DNA of 64,000 nucleotides, from the IMG/VR virus record IMGVR_UViG_3300016464_000385. One strand, written 5' to 3'. Positions 39,490 through 48,879 of this stretch are shown in pieces. The translations under genes and the position numbers were made by a program. Position 1 is the first letter of the stretch, and each line of letters begins with the position of its first letter. This stretch comes from an uncultured virus (IMG/VR IMGVR_UViG_3300016464_000385). Taxonomy: Duplodnaviria > Heunggongvirae > Uroviricota > Caudoviricetes. Under the pieces are notes generated by a model. That model searched no databases. It had not been told where the DNA came from and saw only the letters and a list, made by a program, of their open reading frames with translations.

Positions 39490-39519
39490 ATTATAAATGA
39501 AACTCACAGAAAAGTAAAC
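39490..39519 (-). promoter_or_regulatory. Sigma70/T4-early-like promoter GTTTACT-17-TATAAT heading the glycan island
   Basis: AGTAAAC 39513-39519 and ATTATA 39490-39495 on +; 17 bp spacer. Confidence 0.7.
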
Positions 39520-40907
39520 TACATTTTGAATCCTTCGAACTTACTTTTATCGAATTTTTGTGGAGAATTAAAAGCCTTTTCGATTTTAGGTTGACCAGAA
39601 TCTACTATTCCATCTTGAGCAGAATTTTCCACATCATATAATCTCATTTTAGCTCTATCAATACCTACAACAAACCGTTTATTGACGCTTTTATCTGAAT
39701 ACCTACTCTTTATTTGTTTTATCATAATTTGATTCATTGAATCTAGATCTTCAGTTGAAATAAGAGCAACAATCCAATCTGCGGTCATACTAGTTCCATG
39801 AGACTCAGAAACATCTTCCATATTAGGGTCTGAACTTGCTCCACCGCTTCTGTTAAACTGAGAAGAACTTAAAATGGGTATCTTAAATTCAACAGCCAAC
39901 CCTCTTAATTCTTCAGCAATACTTTTAACTAGAGTATATGAATTTGCATTAGAATTAGATTTTATTCTGGACGAAGAACAAATATTCATATAATCCACAA
40001 TAACTATATCAGGAATAAAATTCCTCTTTAAATTTAATTCATTTAATAAATTTCTGAAATGAACAACGCTTGCAGAAGCCGTTGGATATTGTTTAATTAT
40101 CAATTTACCCGCAGTATTACCCCTTAGTTTGTTTATTTTCTTATCAAATAAATCTTTAGACATGGACATAAGATCATCCATAGTCACATTCATCAAATTT
40201 GCATCTATTCTTTTACCGATTTCTTCCTCAGACATTTCCAAAGTTATGTACAAAACGTTTTTTCCGATTTGTAAATAATGAGAAGCGAAATGACATTTAG
40301 TCAAAGTTTTACCTACGTTAGTTCCTGAAATAAGTAAATTAAGAGTCCCTTTAGGTAATCCTCCATTAGTGATCTTATTGAAATATTCTAAATCAAAAGG
40401 AATTCTATCCTCTTTTCTGTGATAATATTCATAACGAGATTCAAAATCTTCTATAAAATCATGACCTATATTTTGATCGAAGGATACTCCTAAAGCATCA
40501 GATAATATCTTAGGAATAGCTCCCTTATCGAGAGATTTATTCTTACCATCTAAAATAGCAATTGATTCAACTACGCCATTATATATTGCTTGATCTTGAC
40601 AAAATTTTTCCGTTTTATCAATTAACCAATCATGTTTAGATAAATCTTCTTTAGTTGAGTTAAGTTCCTCAAGGATAGAAACGCAATTTTTAAAGTCATC
40701 ATCAAATAATTGTTTATCGCTTATTTGAATTATTAACGACTCGTAAGTAGGAGTAGTATTATATTTGGAAATAAAATCATTAATTTCTTCATATATAAGC
40801 CTTTCATTTCTATCAGAAAAATATTCCGCTTTGATAAATGGAATTACTTTTCTTGTATAATCTTCATCATAAATTAAATGCTTTAGTATAGCATGTTCAA
40901 TTCTCAT
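39519..40907 (-). CDS. 41: Replicative DNA helicase (gp41)
   Basis: GTNVGKT Walker A, YITLEM, VDY, AEELRGLA, Q.NR, SES.G, KSRY, FVVGIDR.KM.LYD. Confidence 0.95.
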   Translation of the reverse strand: MRIEHAILKHLIYDEDYTRKVIPFIKAEYFSDRNERLIYEEINDFISKYNTTPTYESLIIQISDKQLFDDDFKNCVSILEELNSTKEDLSKHDWLIDKTEKFCQDQAIYNGVVESIAILDGKNKSLDKGAIPKILSDALGVSFDQNIGHDFIEDFESRYEYYHRKEDRIPFDLEYFNKITNGGLPKGTLNLLISGTNVGKTLTKCHFASHYLQIGKNVLYITLEMSEEEIGKRIDANLMNVTMDDLMSMSKDLFDKKINKLRGNTAGKLIIKQYPTASASVVHFRNLLNELNLKRNFIPDIVIVDYMNICSSSRIKSNSNANSYTLVKSIAEELRGLAVEFKIPILSSSQFNRSGGASSDPNMEDVSESHGTSMTADWIVALISTEDLDSMNQIMIKQIKSRYSDKSVNKRFVVGIDRAKMRLYDVENSAQDGIVDSGQPKIEKAFNSPQKFDKSKFEGFKM

Positions 40908-41194
40908 TATTCTTCCTCAGGAAGATTCTGCATAATAATAGAAACTAATATATTGCCGATATGATTTTTAAACTCTGTATCGGATTCTAAATCTTCTTTA
41001 CCGTTAGAATCAATTAAATCATATTCAAAAGTAAGATATGCTTCATCTTTACTTTCTTTTTCTTCGGTTAAAACCTTTCCGTAATTATAAATAACTCCAG
41101 CATAAGGGCCGGAAGTCAATTCTATATTGACGTACTGGCTATCTCCATCCGGAATCAATAATTTAAAATCAATACCTTCTTTATAATCAAACAT
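40907..41194 (-). CDS. Head vertex assembly chaperone (gp40-like)
   Basis: Position between uvsX and 41 as in T4; G.Y.GVIY.YGKV motif; start at MFDY after GGAG/AGGA SD. Confidence 0.55.
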   Translation of the reverse strand: MFDYKEGIDFKLLIPDGDSQYVNIELTSGPYAGVIYNYGKVLTEEKESKDEAYLTFEYDLIDSNGKEDLESDTEFKNHIGNILVSIIMQNLPEEE

Positions 41195-42284
41195 ATCCTT
41201 CTCCTTCATATTCTTCTTCAATCTCCGCGTCTTTAGAAAATTCTTCAGCAATATCATCATCAGAAATAATAGAGCGAGAAGAAATGCCGTAATTGTTGTA
41301 TACGTCATCCTGAAATACCTTACTATTTAAAATTGGTTCCCAAAAATCTTTATTATTTGTATCTTTCAACCGATACAGTTTATCTTCTACCTCTCCAGTT
41401 TCTTTATTAACTTTAGAATACCACCCCATCTTAGGTTTAATGCAATGTCCAAGTTCGATAGCAATATCCATTAATCCGGACCATTTACTAACTCCGTTTT
41501 CAAAAGAAATATTAATAGGAATCTTAGATTTTTCTCTAACATATCTAGATTTCTCTACATTAATAATAAAGTTATATCCTGAAAGTTCAGTACCTTCCTT
41601 TTCTTGTTGGCGACCAAGAATATAGATATTATCTGCAGAATAATAACTTCCAGTTCCGCCACCAACAACATCTTTAGCATAAAGTTCCATAGTTTTATAT
41701 GTATGATTAATAACAACCATAGGAATATCTTTCAAAGTTAGATGAGGGGTGATCATTCTAAACAAACTTTTAATTTGTTTTGCTCTTGTCATATCAACCG
41801 CAGATTTTCCATCCATAGCATCATCAACTTCTTTCTTTGAAGCCAAATTTCCTATTGAATCAATTAAAATAATAACTTTATCATTTCTTTCGATATTATT
41901 AATCTGTTGCATAATATCAAACTTTAATTGTTCAATATTTACAATAGGAACGTGAAAAACTCTATCCAAATCAATACCAAAAGATTTAAAATAACTCTGA
42001 GGGGAACCGAACTCAGAATCATAAAACATCAATACAGAATCTGGATGCTTATCCATATAAGCCTTTGCCATCAGCAAAGAAAATCCAGTCTTGAACATTT
42101 TAGAAACGCCAGCCCACATAGTTAAGCCGGAAGTAAATCCTCCATCCACTTTACCGGACAAAGCAATATTTAACACAGGAATTGAAGTTGAAACAAATTC
42201 TTTGTCATTAAAGAACTTGGACCTCGCCAACACAGAAGATTCTTTAACAGTAGTATTCTTCTTCAATTTTTCCAATAAACTCAT
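41187..42284 (-). CDS. uvsX: RecA-like recombinase UvsX
   Basis: LNIALSG, G.SK.FKT, FYDSEFG, DSIGNLASKKE, DMTRAK..KSLFR, GGGTG.YYSAD. Confidence 0.95.
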   Translation of the reverse strand: MSLLEKLKKNTTVKESSVLARSKFFNDKEFVSTSIPVLNIALSGKVDGGFTSGLTMWAGVSKMFKTGFSLLMAKAYMDKHPDSVLMFYDSEFGSPQSYFKSFGIDLDRVFHVPIVNIEQLKFDIMQQINNIERNDKVIILIDSIGNLASKKEVDDAMDGKSAVDMTRAKQIKSLFRMITPHLTLKDIPMVVINHTYKTMELYAKDVVGGGTGSYYSADNIYILGRQQEKEGTELSGYNFIINVEKSRYVREKSKIPINISFENGVSKWSGLMDIAIELGHCIKPKMGWYSKVNKETGEVEDKLYRLKDTNNKDFWEPILNSKVFQDDVYNNYGISSRSIISDDDIAEEFSKDAEIEEEYEGEGYV

Positions 42285-42300
42285 AAATTAACCTCTAATT

Positions 42301-44868
42301 TTAAAAAAAGTCCTCAAGATAATTCTTTTTCTCTAAATCCCAATGAATAATTTCTGTAATTGATTTCAACGGCTCAAGAAAAACTTTATCCCACATCATA
42401 TCATAATCTATATATTTACCTAAGTAAAGTTCTTTGGGTAATTTTTCGGGGAAAGAAATAACATTCTCTTTTATAGGATTTGGCATCTTTAAATAACAAA
42501 ATTTAATTTTATCTCCATCTTTAATATATTCATAATTATAATTCAATCTTTTATCTTTAACTACCTCGTTGAATACAATCGAACCTCTAACATGAATAGG
42601 AGTACCTTTTTTATATATTAAAGCGGAATCATAATATTTGTTTAGTCCATTAACTCCTCTTGGAAATGATATTTCTTCTACTGAGTAATTATCAAATTTA
42701 TTTCTAAATTCGCTAACAAATTGTTGTAGTTTTTCTTTATCTTCATCCAGTATCATTTTTACACAATCCTTCAGAGCTTTCCTGACTACCGCTGGACTAG
42801 AAGATTTTACAATTTCTAGTCCAGTTACTTTAATCTTAGGTTCGTTATATACAACCCCTTCGTTAGAATAAACATTAAGAGCATATCGCTTTTTAGCAAC
42901 GAATACTGAATTAGAACAAATCTTCTCCAACTTATACTTTAGCTTATTATCATAAGAATTAACATATTCAGTTAATTCATTACAGAAATTATCAATCTCA
43001 GGTTGAATTTTATCCGTAGCAGATTTAAGTAAAAATTGAACGATCTTATCAGCTGTCATATTAGGAGGACAAACCTTTTTAACTAAGCCATGTAAAGATA
43101 GAAACAAAGAATCTGTATCTCCACCAATAACATAATCTTTATCTGTATTAAGTATTCTATTCAGATATTCGTTGATCTTATTAGCTACCCAACGATTAGA
43201 TAATTGGCCTTCAAGGGTAATAGCTTCTGCCTGTCTGACATCAAAGAATCTAAAATACTTTGTACCAAGACAACCATAAAGAGAATTTAGACAAAGTTTC
43301 ATAGCATTCTGTAGATTATTAAACTTAGCAATATCGAAAGAAATTTGATTTAAATTAGGGTCTTTTGGATCATCCTTACTTATTCTTTCATAATCCTTCT
43401 GAAGTTCAATCATTTTCTTCTTGTATGCTTGACGCTTCGCGAACATAACTTCAACCATCTCAGGAAGAAACCCCTTTTTATCGGTTCGAAAGAACTGACC
43501 ATTAGGAGTTAAGGTTACATTATTTTCTTTTAATCTAGAAAGATCCAATTTCTTCTGAAGAAGGTTATCTACGCAAACTGATTGAGAAAGTATTGCGCGC
43601 ATTTCAGTAGTATAGTCTGCAGGATCAACTATAGTCTCTGGACTGATGTTTTTGCCCATAATGATACTAGGGTATAGACTAGTCGCATCGAGAGTAACGA
43701 CCCACTTATGCATTCCTGGTTTAGTAGGTTTTACATATGCCCCTTCATAGTCTTCATCTTGTCCAATAACTTTTTGAGGAAGTTGAATATCTTTTTTCTT
43801 TAGATAATCATAAACCAAAGCGTCCCACATCTTAGTTTGCTGGAAAATATCATCTGGATTAGTTTTTGAGTTATAAGAAAGAGTCAAAGCCAAAGAAAAT
43901 AATTTACATTTCTCGTCAAGTTTCTCAATCAAAGCAACGTCCTGAATGTTATATTCATAGAACTTTTGTTTATTTTCTTGATATAACCGATGAAGAGAAC
44001 CGTCATAACTGACCTTCTTTTCTCCAATCTCAGCTTCCGCAATGTTATCCAGTTTATAAGATTCTTGAGAATTACCACCAGGCTGATACTTCTTGTACAG
44101 ATCAATATAATCTAAAGTAGCAACTCCTAGAATCTTGAAAGAATAATCTTCCTCATAACGATTAAACTTAGGATTAAACTTCCTGCTCTTAAATTCTTGA
44201 ATAATATTCCAGGGAGAAAGTTTACGGGTTTCTTGTTCAGAAATAATCTTATTGAAACGATTAACGATATACGGAATATCGAAACCATCAACGTTCCAAC
44301 CAGAAACAATATCAGGATAATTGGACGACCAAACATCAATAAACTTTTTCATTAAAGTATATTCGTCCTGACACTTAATGTAATGTACATTAGTTGGAGC
44401 ATCAAAATCATAATATCCAAAAACATAATACTTATCTTCTCCAAAAAATTTTAGAGCGATGGAAGTAATAGGCTGGAATGGATTTTCTGTACTGGCAAAA
44501 CCGCCTGATTCCGGATTAGAATCTACTTCGATATCTATAATAGCTATTCTTATTTTATTAAGATCCCAATCTATTTCTTCTGGAAACAAATCGGAAATTG
44601 CGCAATATTCATATTTAGTATTACCATAAACCCTGAAATTACCAACGCCTTCGTATTGTTTGATAAATTCTTTTGCTTTGTTTATAGAACCAGGCTTTAT
44701 TTTTTTTAGGTTTTCTCCGTATATGGTTTTATACGGAGAATTTTCGTTCGTAGGAACAAATAAAGAAGGGGAATAAGGTATTTTCGTCCTTATCTTTTTT
44801 CCATTCTTGTAACCAATATAAAGAATGTTATCTCCATATTGTTTAACATTTGTATAAAAATCACTCAT
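42301..44868 (-). CDS. 43: Family B DNA polymerase (gp43)
   Basis: DIE, GWN..GFD.PY, YN..DV, D.TSLYPS, K..LNSLYG, DTDS, KKRY. Confidence 0.97.
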   Translation of the reverse strand: MSDFYTNVKQYGDNILYIGYKNGKKIRTKIPYSPSLFVPTNENSPYKTIYGENLKKIKPGSINKAKEFIKQYEGVGNFRVYGNTKYEYCAISDLFPEEIDWDLNKIRIAIIDIEVDSNPESGGFASTENPFQPITSIALKFFGEDKYYVFGYYDFDAPTNVHYIKCQDEYTLMKKFIDVWSSNYPDIVSGWNVDGFDIPYIVNRFNKIISEQETRKLSPWNIIQEFKSRKFNPKFNRYEEDYSFKILGVATLDYIDLYKKYQPGGNSQESYKLDNIAEAEIGEKKVSYDGSLHRLYQENKQKFYEYNIQDVALIEKLDEKCKLFSLALTLSYNSKTNPDDIFQQTKMWDALVYDYLKKKDIQLPQKVIGQDEDYEGAYVKPTKPGMHKWVVTLDATSLYPSIIMGKNISPETIVDPADYTTEMRAILSQSVCVDNLLQKKLDLSRLKENNVTLTPNGQFFRTDKKGFLPEMVEVMFAKRQAYKKKMIELQKDYERISKDDPKDPNLNQISFDIAKFNNLQNAMKLCLNSLYGCLGTKYFRFFDVRQAEAITLEGQLSNRWVANKINEYLNRILNTDKDYVIGGDTDSLFLSLHGLVKKVCPPNMTADKIVQFLLKSATDKIQPEIDNFCNELTEYVNSYDNKLKYKLEKICSNSVFVAKKRYALNVYSNEGVVYNEPKIKVTGLEIVKSSSPAVVRKALKDCVKMILDEDKEKLQQFVSEFRNKFDNYSVEEISFPRGVNGLNKYYDSALIYKKGTPIHVRGSIVFNEVVKDKRLNYNYEYIKDGDKIKFCYLKMPNPIKENVISFPEKLPKELYLGKYIDYDMMWDKVFLEPLKSITEIIHWDLEKKNYLEDFF

Positions 44869-44887
44869 TAATCCCCCTGATTATTGT

Positions 44888-45184
44888 TTATAGAATTATA
44901 CCTTTTGGTGGAGTTACGATACCAGAACCGAAGATAGAATTGTATTGAATCACAAATTCTTCAGCGGGTTCGCAAACAAATAAAATATGTTTCTCGTTAA
45001 TTTTAATCTCTTTGTCGTTAGAAGTCAATGGAAATGGGGCAAACCCAAAGTTAGGTTGATTTGATGTTCTGCTATGGACCAAAGTGGCCTGCACAGGGTT
45101 TTTCATCGTTACGATACCCTCAGACAAAGAATATTCGCAAATAATATCTTCTCCAGTAATTAATTTCAAACTTTTAATATTCAT
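44888..45184 (-). CDS. Conserved T4-like small (Sm-like) hypothetical protein
   Basis: KLITGEDII, Y...FGSGIV.P. Confidence 0.7.
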   Translation of the reverse strand: MNIKSLKLITGEDIICEYSLSEGIVTMKNPVQATLVHSRTSNQPNFGFAPFPLTSNDKEIKINEKHILFVCEPAEEFVIQYNSIFGSGIVTPPKGIIL

Positions 45185-45723
45185 ATTTTTCTCTCTACTT
45201 TATATACATTAATTCCACACTCTTTTAAAAATTTTATACCATCAGAACTTCTATATTCTTCCGCGTAATAAAAATCTTTTATTTTAGCTCCATATATTAA
45301 TTTAGCACAACTCATACAACAAGAATGTGTGCAAAATAAAGAAGCTCCATCTGAAGATTGGTCTGAAGAAGCAACCTTCATTAGCATAGCTTCTTCTGCA
45401 TGAGTAACGCAAGATTTAGTCTTTAAGTGATATCTACCAATGATAGTAGGCTCAGATTCATTGGAAAATTTGACATCACTATATTCAACATAAGGCCAAT
45501 TCTTTTCTATATATTCTGGATCTAGAAAAGGACCGCCATCCTTATCAAACCAAACTTTATCCTCGCAATTATTGTCCCATCCTCTAGGAGTACCGTTCCA
45601 AGAAAAAGAAATTATATTATCATTCTTAACTAGAACAGCACCGACTTTTAACTTTTTGGCGTAAGATAATTGAGCAGTCCTATGGGCAACATCGATATAA
45701 TAATCAATTAACCTCGGCTTCAT
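45181..45723 (-). CDS. cd: dCMP deaminase
   Basis: A.LS.A..LKVGAV.V, NGTP.G.DN.CE, HAE, C..CAK. Confidence 0.88.
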   Translation of the reverse strand: MKPRLIDYYIDVAHRTAQLSYAKKLKVGAVLVKNDNIISFSWNGTPRGWDNNCEDKVWFDKDGGPFLDPEYIEKNWPYVEYSDVKFSNESEPTIIGRYHLKTKSCVTHAEEAMLMKVASSDQSSDGASLFCTHSCCMSCAKLIYGAKIKDFYYAEEYRSSDGIKFLKECGINVYKVERKI

Positions 45724-46087
45724 CAGCTACCTTTTTCGATGAGATATTAGCGTTCATAATACAATACTGTATTTCCCAAGAAATGTCATTCAAGTATTTT
45801 CTGGGAGTAAATCTGCTGTTATAGATATGACTTAGAATTACCAAAGCTATATCATAATAGCTTCTTTTTCCTATTTCCAGTACTTCGCTGTACTTTTCAT
45901 CAGAAGAATTCATTCTTTCTAGTGCAAGAGCTCTCCCTTCTTTCTTAACAAACTTATCGTGATTAGACCTAAACGCCCAACCAATTTTTATAAATTCTTT
46001 TCCTTCTAATTCTACTATATCAGAAACGATAGTAATGTGCCGCTTTTTCCAATCGTTTCTGACGTACATAAATTTCATGTTGCTCAT
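45704..46087 (-). CDS. Hypothetical protein
   Basis: 127 aa ORF with GAGG SD; D.F.KK.GR.LA motif. Confidence 0.65.
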   Translation of the reverse strand: MSNMKFMYVRNDWKKRHITIVSDIVELEGKEFIKIGWAFRSNHDKFVKKEGRALALERMNSSDEKYSEVLEIGKRSYYDIALVILSHIYNSRFTPRKYLNDISWEIQYCIMNANISSKKVADEAEVN

Positions 46088-46140
46088 AAAATACCTCTGA
46101 ATTTAACTAGAACGATTATTATATAATAAATCGCAAGAAA

Positions 46141-46166
46141 AATAAAGGGGGTTTCCCCCCTTTATT
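46141..46166 (-). terminator. Rho-independent terminator after hsp20
   Basis: AATAAAGGGGG-GAAA-CCCCCTTTATT hairpin followed by T-run on minus strand. Confidence 0.85.
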
Positions 46167-46170
46167 ACGT

Positions 46171-46623
46171 TTACTCTACTAAGAGCGTTTGTTCTGATTT
46201 TCCTATAGGAATTTTTCTGGGTTTTTTCTCTTCTGGAATTACGTTTTCAAGACTAATCTTCAAAACACCATTTACGATGTCTGCAGAGTTTACGACTACA
46301 GTATCCGATAATCTAAATGTGTGTCTAAAATCTCTCGCAGCTAGACCATGATGTAGATAATTAACTTCAGTTTCTGTTTTTTGAGAAACTCCATTAACAG
46401 TAAGAACGTCTCTATTTGTTTCTATTACAATATCATTTTTATCAAATCCAGCTACAGCTATTTGGATTTCATAATTATCATCGTCAAATTTAACGATATT
46501 GTATGGAGGATATGTTGGTGTTTTTACATTGCCAAACATTCTATCAAATTCGTCGATAGTAGTAAGTAAACGATCAAATCCAACAGTTGATGGTAGAAGG
46601 CTTTTGCCGTATGCGTGTGTCAT
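46171..46623 (-). CDS. hsp20: Small heat shock protein (Hsp20/IbpA-like)
   Basis: VGFDR, YPPYNI, AVAGF, YLH.GLA.R.F...F.L, NGVL.I.L..IPEEKKPRKI.I. Confidence 0.93.
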   Translation of the reverse strand: MTHAYGKSLLPSTVGFDRLLTTIDEFDRMFGNVKTPTYPPYNIVKFDDDNYEIQIAVAGFDKNDIVIETNRDVLTVNGVSQKTETEVNYLHHGLAARDFRHTFRLSDTVVVNSADIVNGVLKISLENVIPEEKKPRKIPIGKSEQTLLVE

Positions 46624-46749
46624 ATTATTTCTCCTTATTAAGCGAGTTATATTAAAGTTCTTCTCCCGAAGGCAGAAGTAAACCGGAGGAATATTTTACT
46701 TGCCTTTCCTCCGACTGCAAGCCCATCCCGATGGGTATAACTATTTATA
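46624..46749 (-). promoter_or_regulatory. Structured hsp20 leader (ROSE-like RNA thermometer) downstream of a late promoter
   Basis: TATAAATA at 46749-46742, four hairpins; last one CUCGCUU-AAU-AAGGAG pairs UCGCU with the SD. Confidence 0.7.
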
Positions 46750-46753
46750 TAAA

Positions 46754-47164
46754 TCAGTTATTTTTCTTGTTACCAATAGAATATTTGTGTTTAATTTCGT
46801 ATTCTGATTTTTCTTTATATGTTAATATTTTAATTTGACTTAAATCAACCAAATTATTTTTTATTACATTTTCATCTACAATCTTTAATAATTCCCAATC
46901 TTGTAAAAGTTTTGTAATTGTATTCCTTCGAGCTAAATCGTTTTCTGAAATATCAGAGGGTCTTCCATCAATAGCAAAAAGTTCTTTGAAATGAACAATT
47001 CTATATAAACCTCTCTTATGTAAAATATAGCAACTAGGGAATAAAGTTTTTTCTTTTCTAGAAGCAACGCCTATTCTGGTCAAAGTTTCCTTTATTTTCA
47101 AAAACGCTTCTTCATTATCTAATTTTACTTCTACTCCATATCCGCCAAAAATATCGTCCTTCAT
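46754..47164 (-). CDS. regA: Translational repressor RegA
   Basis: FLKIKETLTRIGVAS, C.ILHK.G.Y.IVHFKELF, RRN.I..LL.DW. Confidence 0.93.
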   Translation of the reverse strand: MKDDIFGGYGVEVKLDNEEAFLKIKETLTRIGVASRKEKTLFPSCYILHKRGLYRIVHFKELFAIDGRPSDISENDLARRNTITKLLQDWELLKIVDENVIKNNLVDLSQIKILTYKEKSEYEIKHKYSIGNKKNN

Positions 47165-47195
47165 AAAAATTATCTCCAAATAATAAATATTATAA

Positions 47196-47591
47196 TTATT
47201 TATTATTTATAGGTTTTCCACCCTTGTCTAATTTAGATTGGATAATTTTTAATTGTTCCGGAGTTAATACAGACAATATCCCTTTAGCTTTTACAGATGA
47301 ACAATTGTAATATTCTTTTATCTGTTCGATTTCTTTACTTTCTTTGTATTTAAACCATTTTTCATAATTTCTTTTATAAGGTTTAACTGAATGAAAATAA
47401 AAATCGTATTGAAGTTTATTATCTAAATGATGATTCCTATTCATTTCGTTAGATAGAAAAATACAATCAATATGTTGAGATAAAGATTTATTAACAACAA
47501 AAGGGGTGTATTCTTTTTCATTATCTTCTGAATTTAATAGGTATTCTTTATTCTTAAGAATAGATGGAAGCAAATCTTTAAATAAATCCAT
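47196..47591 (-). CDS. 62: Clamp loader small subunit (gp62)
   Basis: Y.PF.VN..LS, NEMN, LQYDF, EYY..S..KA, KGG; between 44 and regA. Confidence 0.88.
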   Translation of the reverse strand: MDLFKDLLPSILKNKEYLLNSEDNEKEYTPFVVNKSLSQHIDCIFLSNEMNRNHHLDNKLQYDFYFHSVKPYKRNYEKWFKYKESKEIEQIKEYYNCSSVKAKGILSVLTPEQLKIIQSKLDKGGKPINNK

Positions 47592-48532
47592 TATTTCCAC
47601 TCCGCATCAATCATAATTTCAGTCAAAAAAGCCAATAATTGAATTTCTGGGTCAGCAACAAAAGCGGTTTGATATTGATATTTTGCAATAATCAAAACTA
47701 CCTGTGGAATAGAAGAAGGTTTCAAAAATTCATATAAACCATCATAAATTTTACGATAAATTGTATTAGGATCGTTATCAAGATTATTAACGACCCATTC
47801 TCTAGTTCCTGAATAATTCTTTTCTTTTAAATGCTTGATAAGATCTTTGAGTTGAATATCTCCGACTTTAGAAAGAATACCAACATCAATCTTACCGTTA
47901 AGAGAATATCTTTGAAGTTCTACTAGAGTCTTTCTATTATCCGGATAATATTTGTTTACTAATACTGCAAGAGTTTCCTTGTCATATTCAACATTTTCTT
48001 GTTCTAGAATATTACATACCCTCTTGAAAAACTGAGTAATGATAGACTTTTTCTGAGTTTTATTTATAGTAAAATCTACTTCAGTAAATCTAGAAAACAT
48101 TGGAGCAGGAATCTTATTTTTGTAATTTCCAGTAAGAATAAAAGTACAATTTTTATGAAATGATTCTACTCCAGCCCTCAGAGCATCAAATAGATTTTTA
48201 GTCAGTCCATCTGATTCATCTATGATAATTACCTTTTTCCCTCCAGATAAAGAAACTGAAGAAGCATAATTCGTGATTTTGTTCCGAAAGGTATCAATAC
48301 CGTTTTCAGAACTTCCATTAAGAAATAAATAATCGCATCCTATTTCTTCGCACATTGCCTTGGCTACAGTAGTTTTACCAACTCCGGCTCTACCAAAAAG
48401 GAATAAGTTTGGAATATTTTTATTATCTACATAAGCCTGAAAAGTATTTTTGATATCATCCGGCAAAATACATTCAGAAACGCTCTTTGGTCGATACTTT
48501 TCTTCCCATGCAAACTTATCATCATCTAGCAT
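47591..48532 (-). CDS. 44: Clamp loader large subunit (gp44)
   Basis: W.EKYRP, G.AGVGKTT, IIDE.D, SR. Confidence 0.93.
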   Translation of the reverse strand: MLDDDKFAWEEKYRPKSVSECILPDDIKNTFQAYVDNKNIPNLFLFGRAGVGKTTVAKAMCEEIGCDYLFLNGSSENGIDTFRNKITNYASSVSLSGGKKVIIIDESDGLTKNLFDALRAGVESFHKNCTFILTGNYKNKIPAPMFSRFTEVDFTINKTQKKSIITQFFKRVCNILEQENVEYDKETLAVLVNKYYPDNRKTLVELQRYSLNGKIDVGILSKVGDIQLKDLIKHLKEKNYSGTREWVVNNLDNDPNTIYRKIYDGLYEFLKPSSIPQVVLIIAKYQYQTAFVADPEIQLLAFLTEIMIDAEWK

Positions 48533-48599
48533 AAAAACCTCATAATATAGAAATAATCAAAATAGCCATCCTTGGCCAACAGAAAATTAAAAAATTTCC

Positions 48600-48869
48600 C
48601 TACACTATTCCTTCATATAACAACTCAAATTCTTCTTGCTCAGCTACAACTTCGTTATAATTTTTCTTATGGTAAGTTACTGCCATCTTACGAATTATTT
48701 TCTTTGGGATTTTTAATTCGTCGTGAACTGAATTAATAATATCCTTTAGAACTTCTTTTTGACTATCCATCATAGTCATGATATCAGACAGTTCTTTAAG
48801 TCCCTTCTTAAGTACATCAAGTTCTTCTTGATTAAAATTTCCAAAAGTAGAAGCTACGGTTTTGCTCAT
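48600..48869 (-). CDS. dsbA: dsDNA-binding protein DsbA
   Basis: 89 aa; KE.SD, KDI, DEL, YHK.N, E.EE...LY pattern matches T4 DsbA. Confidence 0.75.
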   Translation of the reverse strand: MSKTVASTFGNFNQEELDVLKKGLKELSDIMTMMDSQKEVLKDIINSVHDELKIPKKIIRKMAVTYHKKNYNEVVAEQEEFELLYEGIV

Positions 48870-48879
48870 TATTATCTCC

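Noticed and set aside
18606..39519. Bacterial O-antigen locus or prophage-host junction
   Set aside because: Flanked on both sides by T4-like core genes on the same strand with phage-type promoters; no flippase, polymerase or integrase
41195..41308. Hydrophobic N-terminal extension on the gp40-like ORF (apparent signal anchor)
   Set aside because: Lies in an alternative frame of the acidic uvsX tail; an SD-supported start exists at 41194
42301..44868. Unusual GGDTDS motif, or an intein/intron, in the DNA polymerase
   Set aside because: T4-like gp43 proteins commonly lack the Tyr before GDTDS; the length is normal and the ORF is continuous. nrdA, nrdB and gp41 also show no insertions
46624..46749. 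tRNA or ligand-binding riboswitch in the GC-rich gap
   Set aside because: No cloverleaf, TPsiC or CCA, and no riboswitch consensus recognised; better explained as a thermometer-type leader
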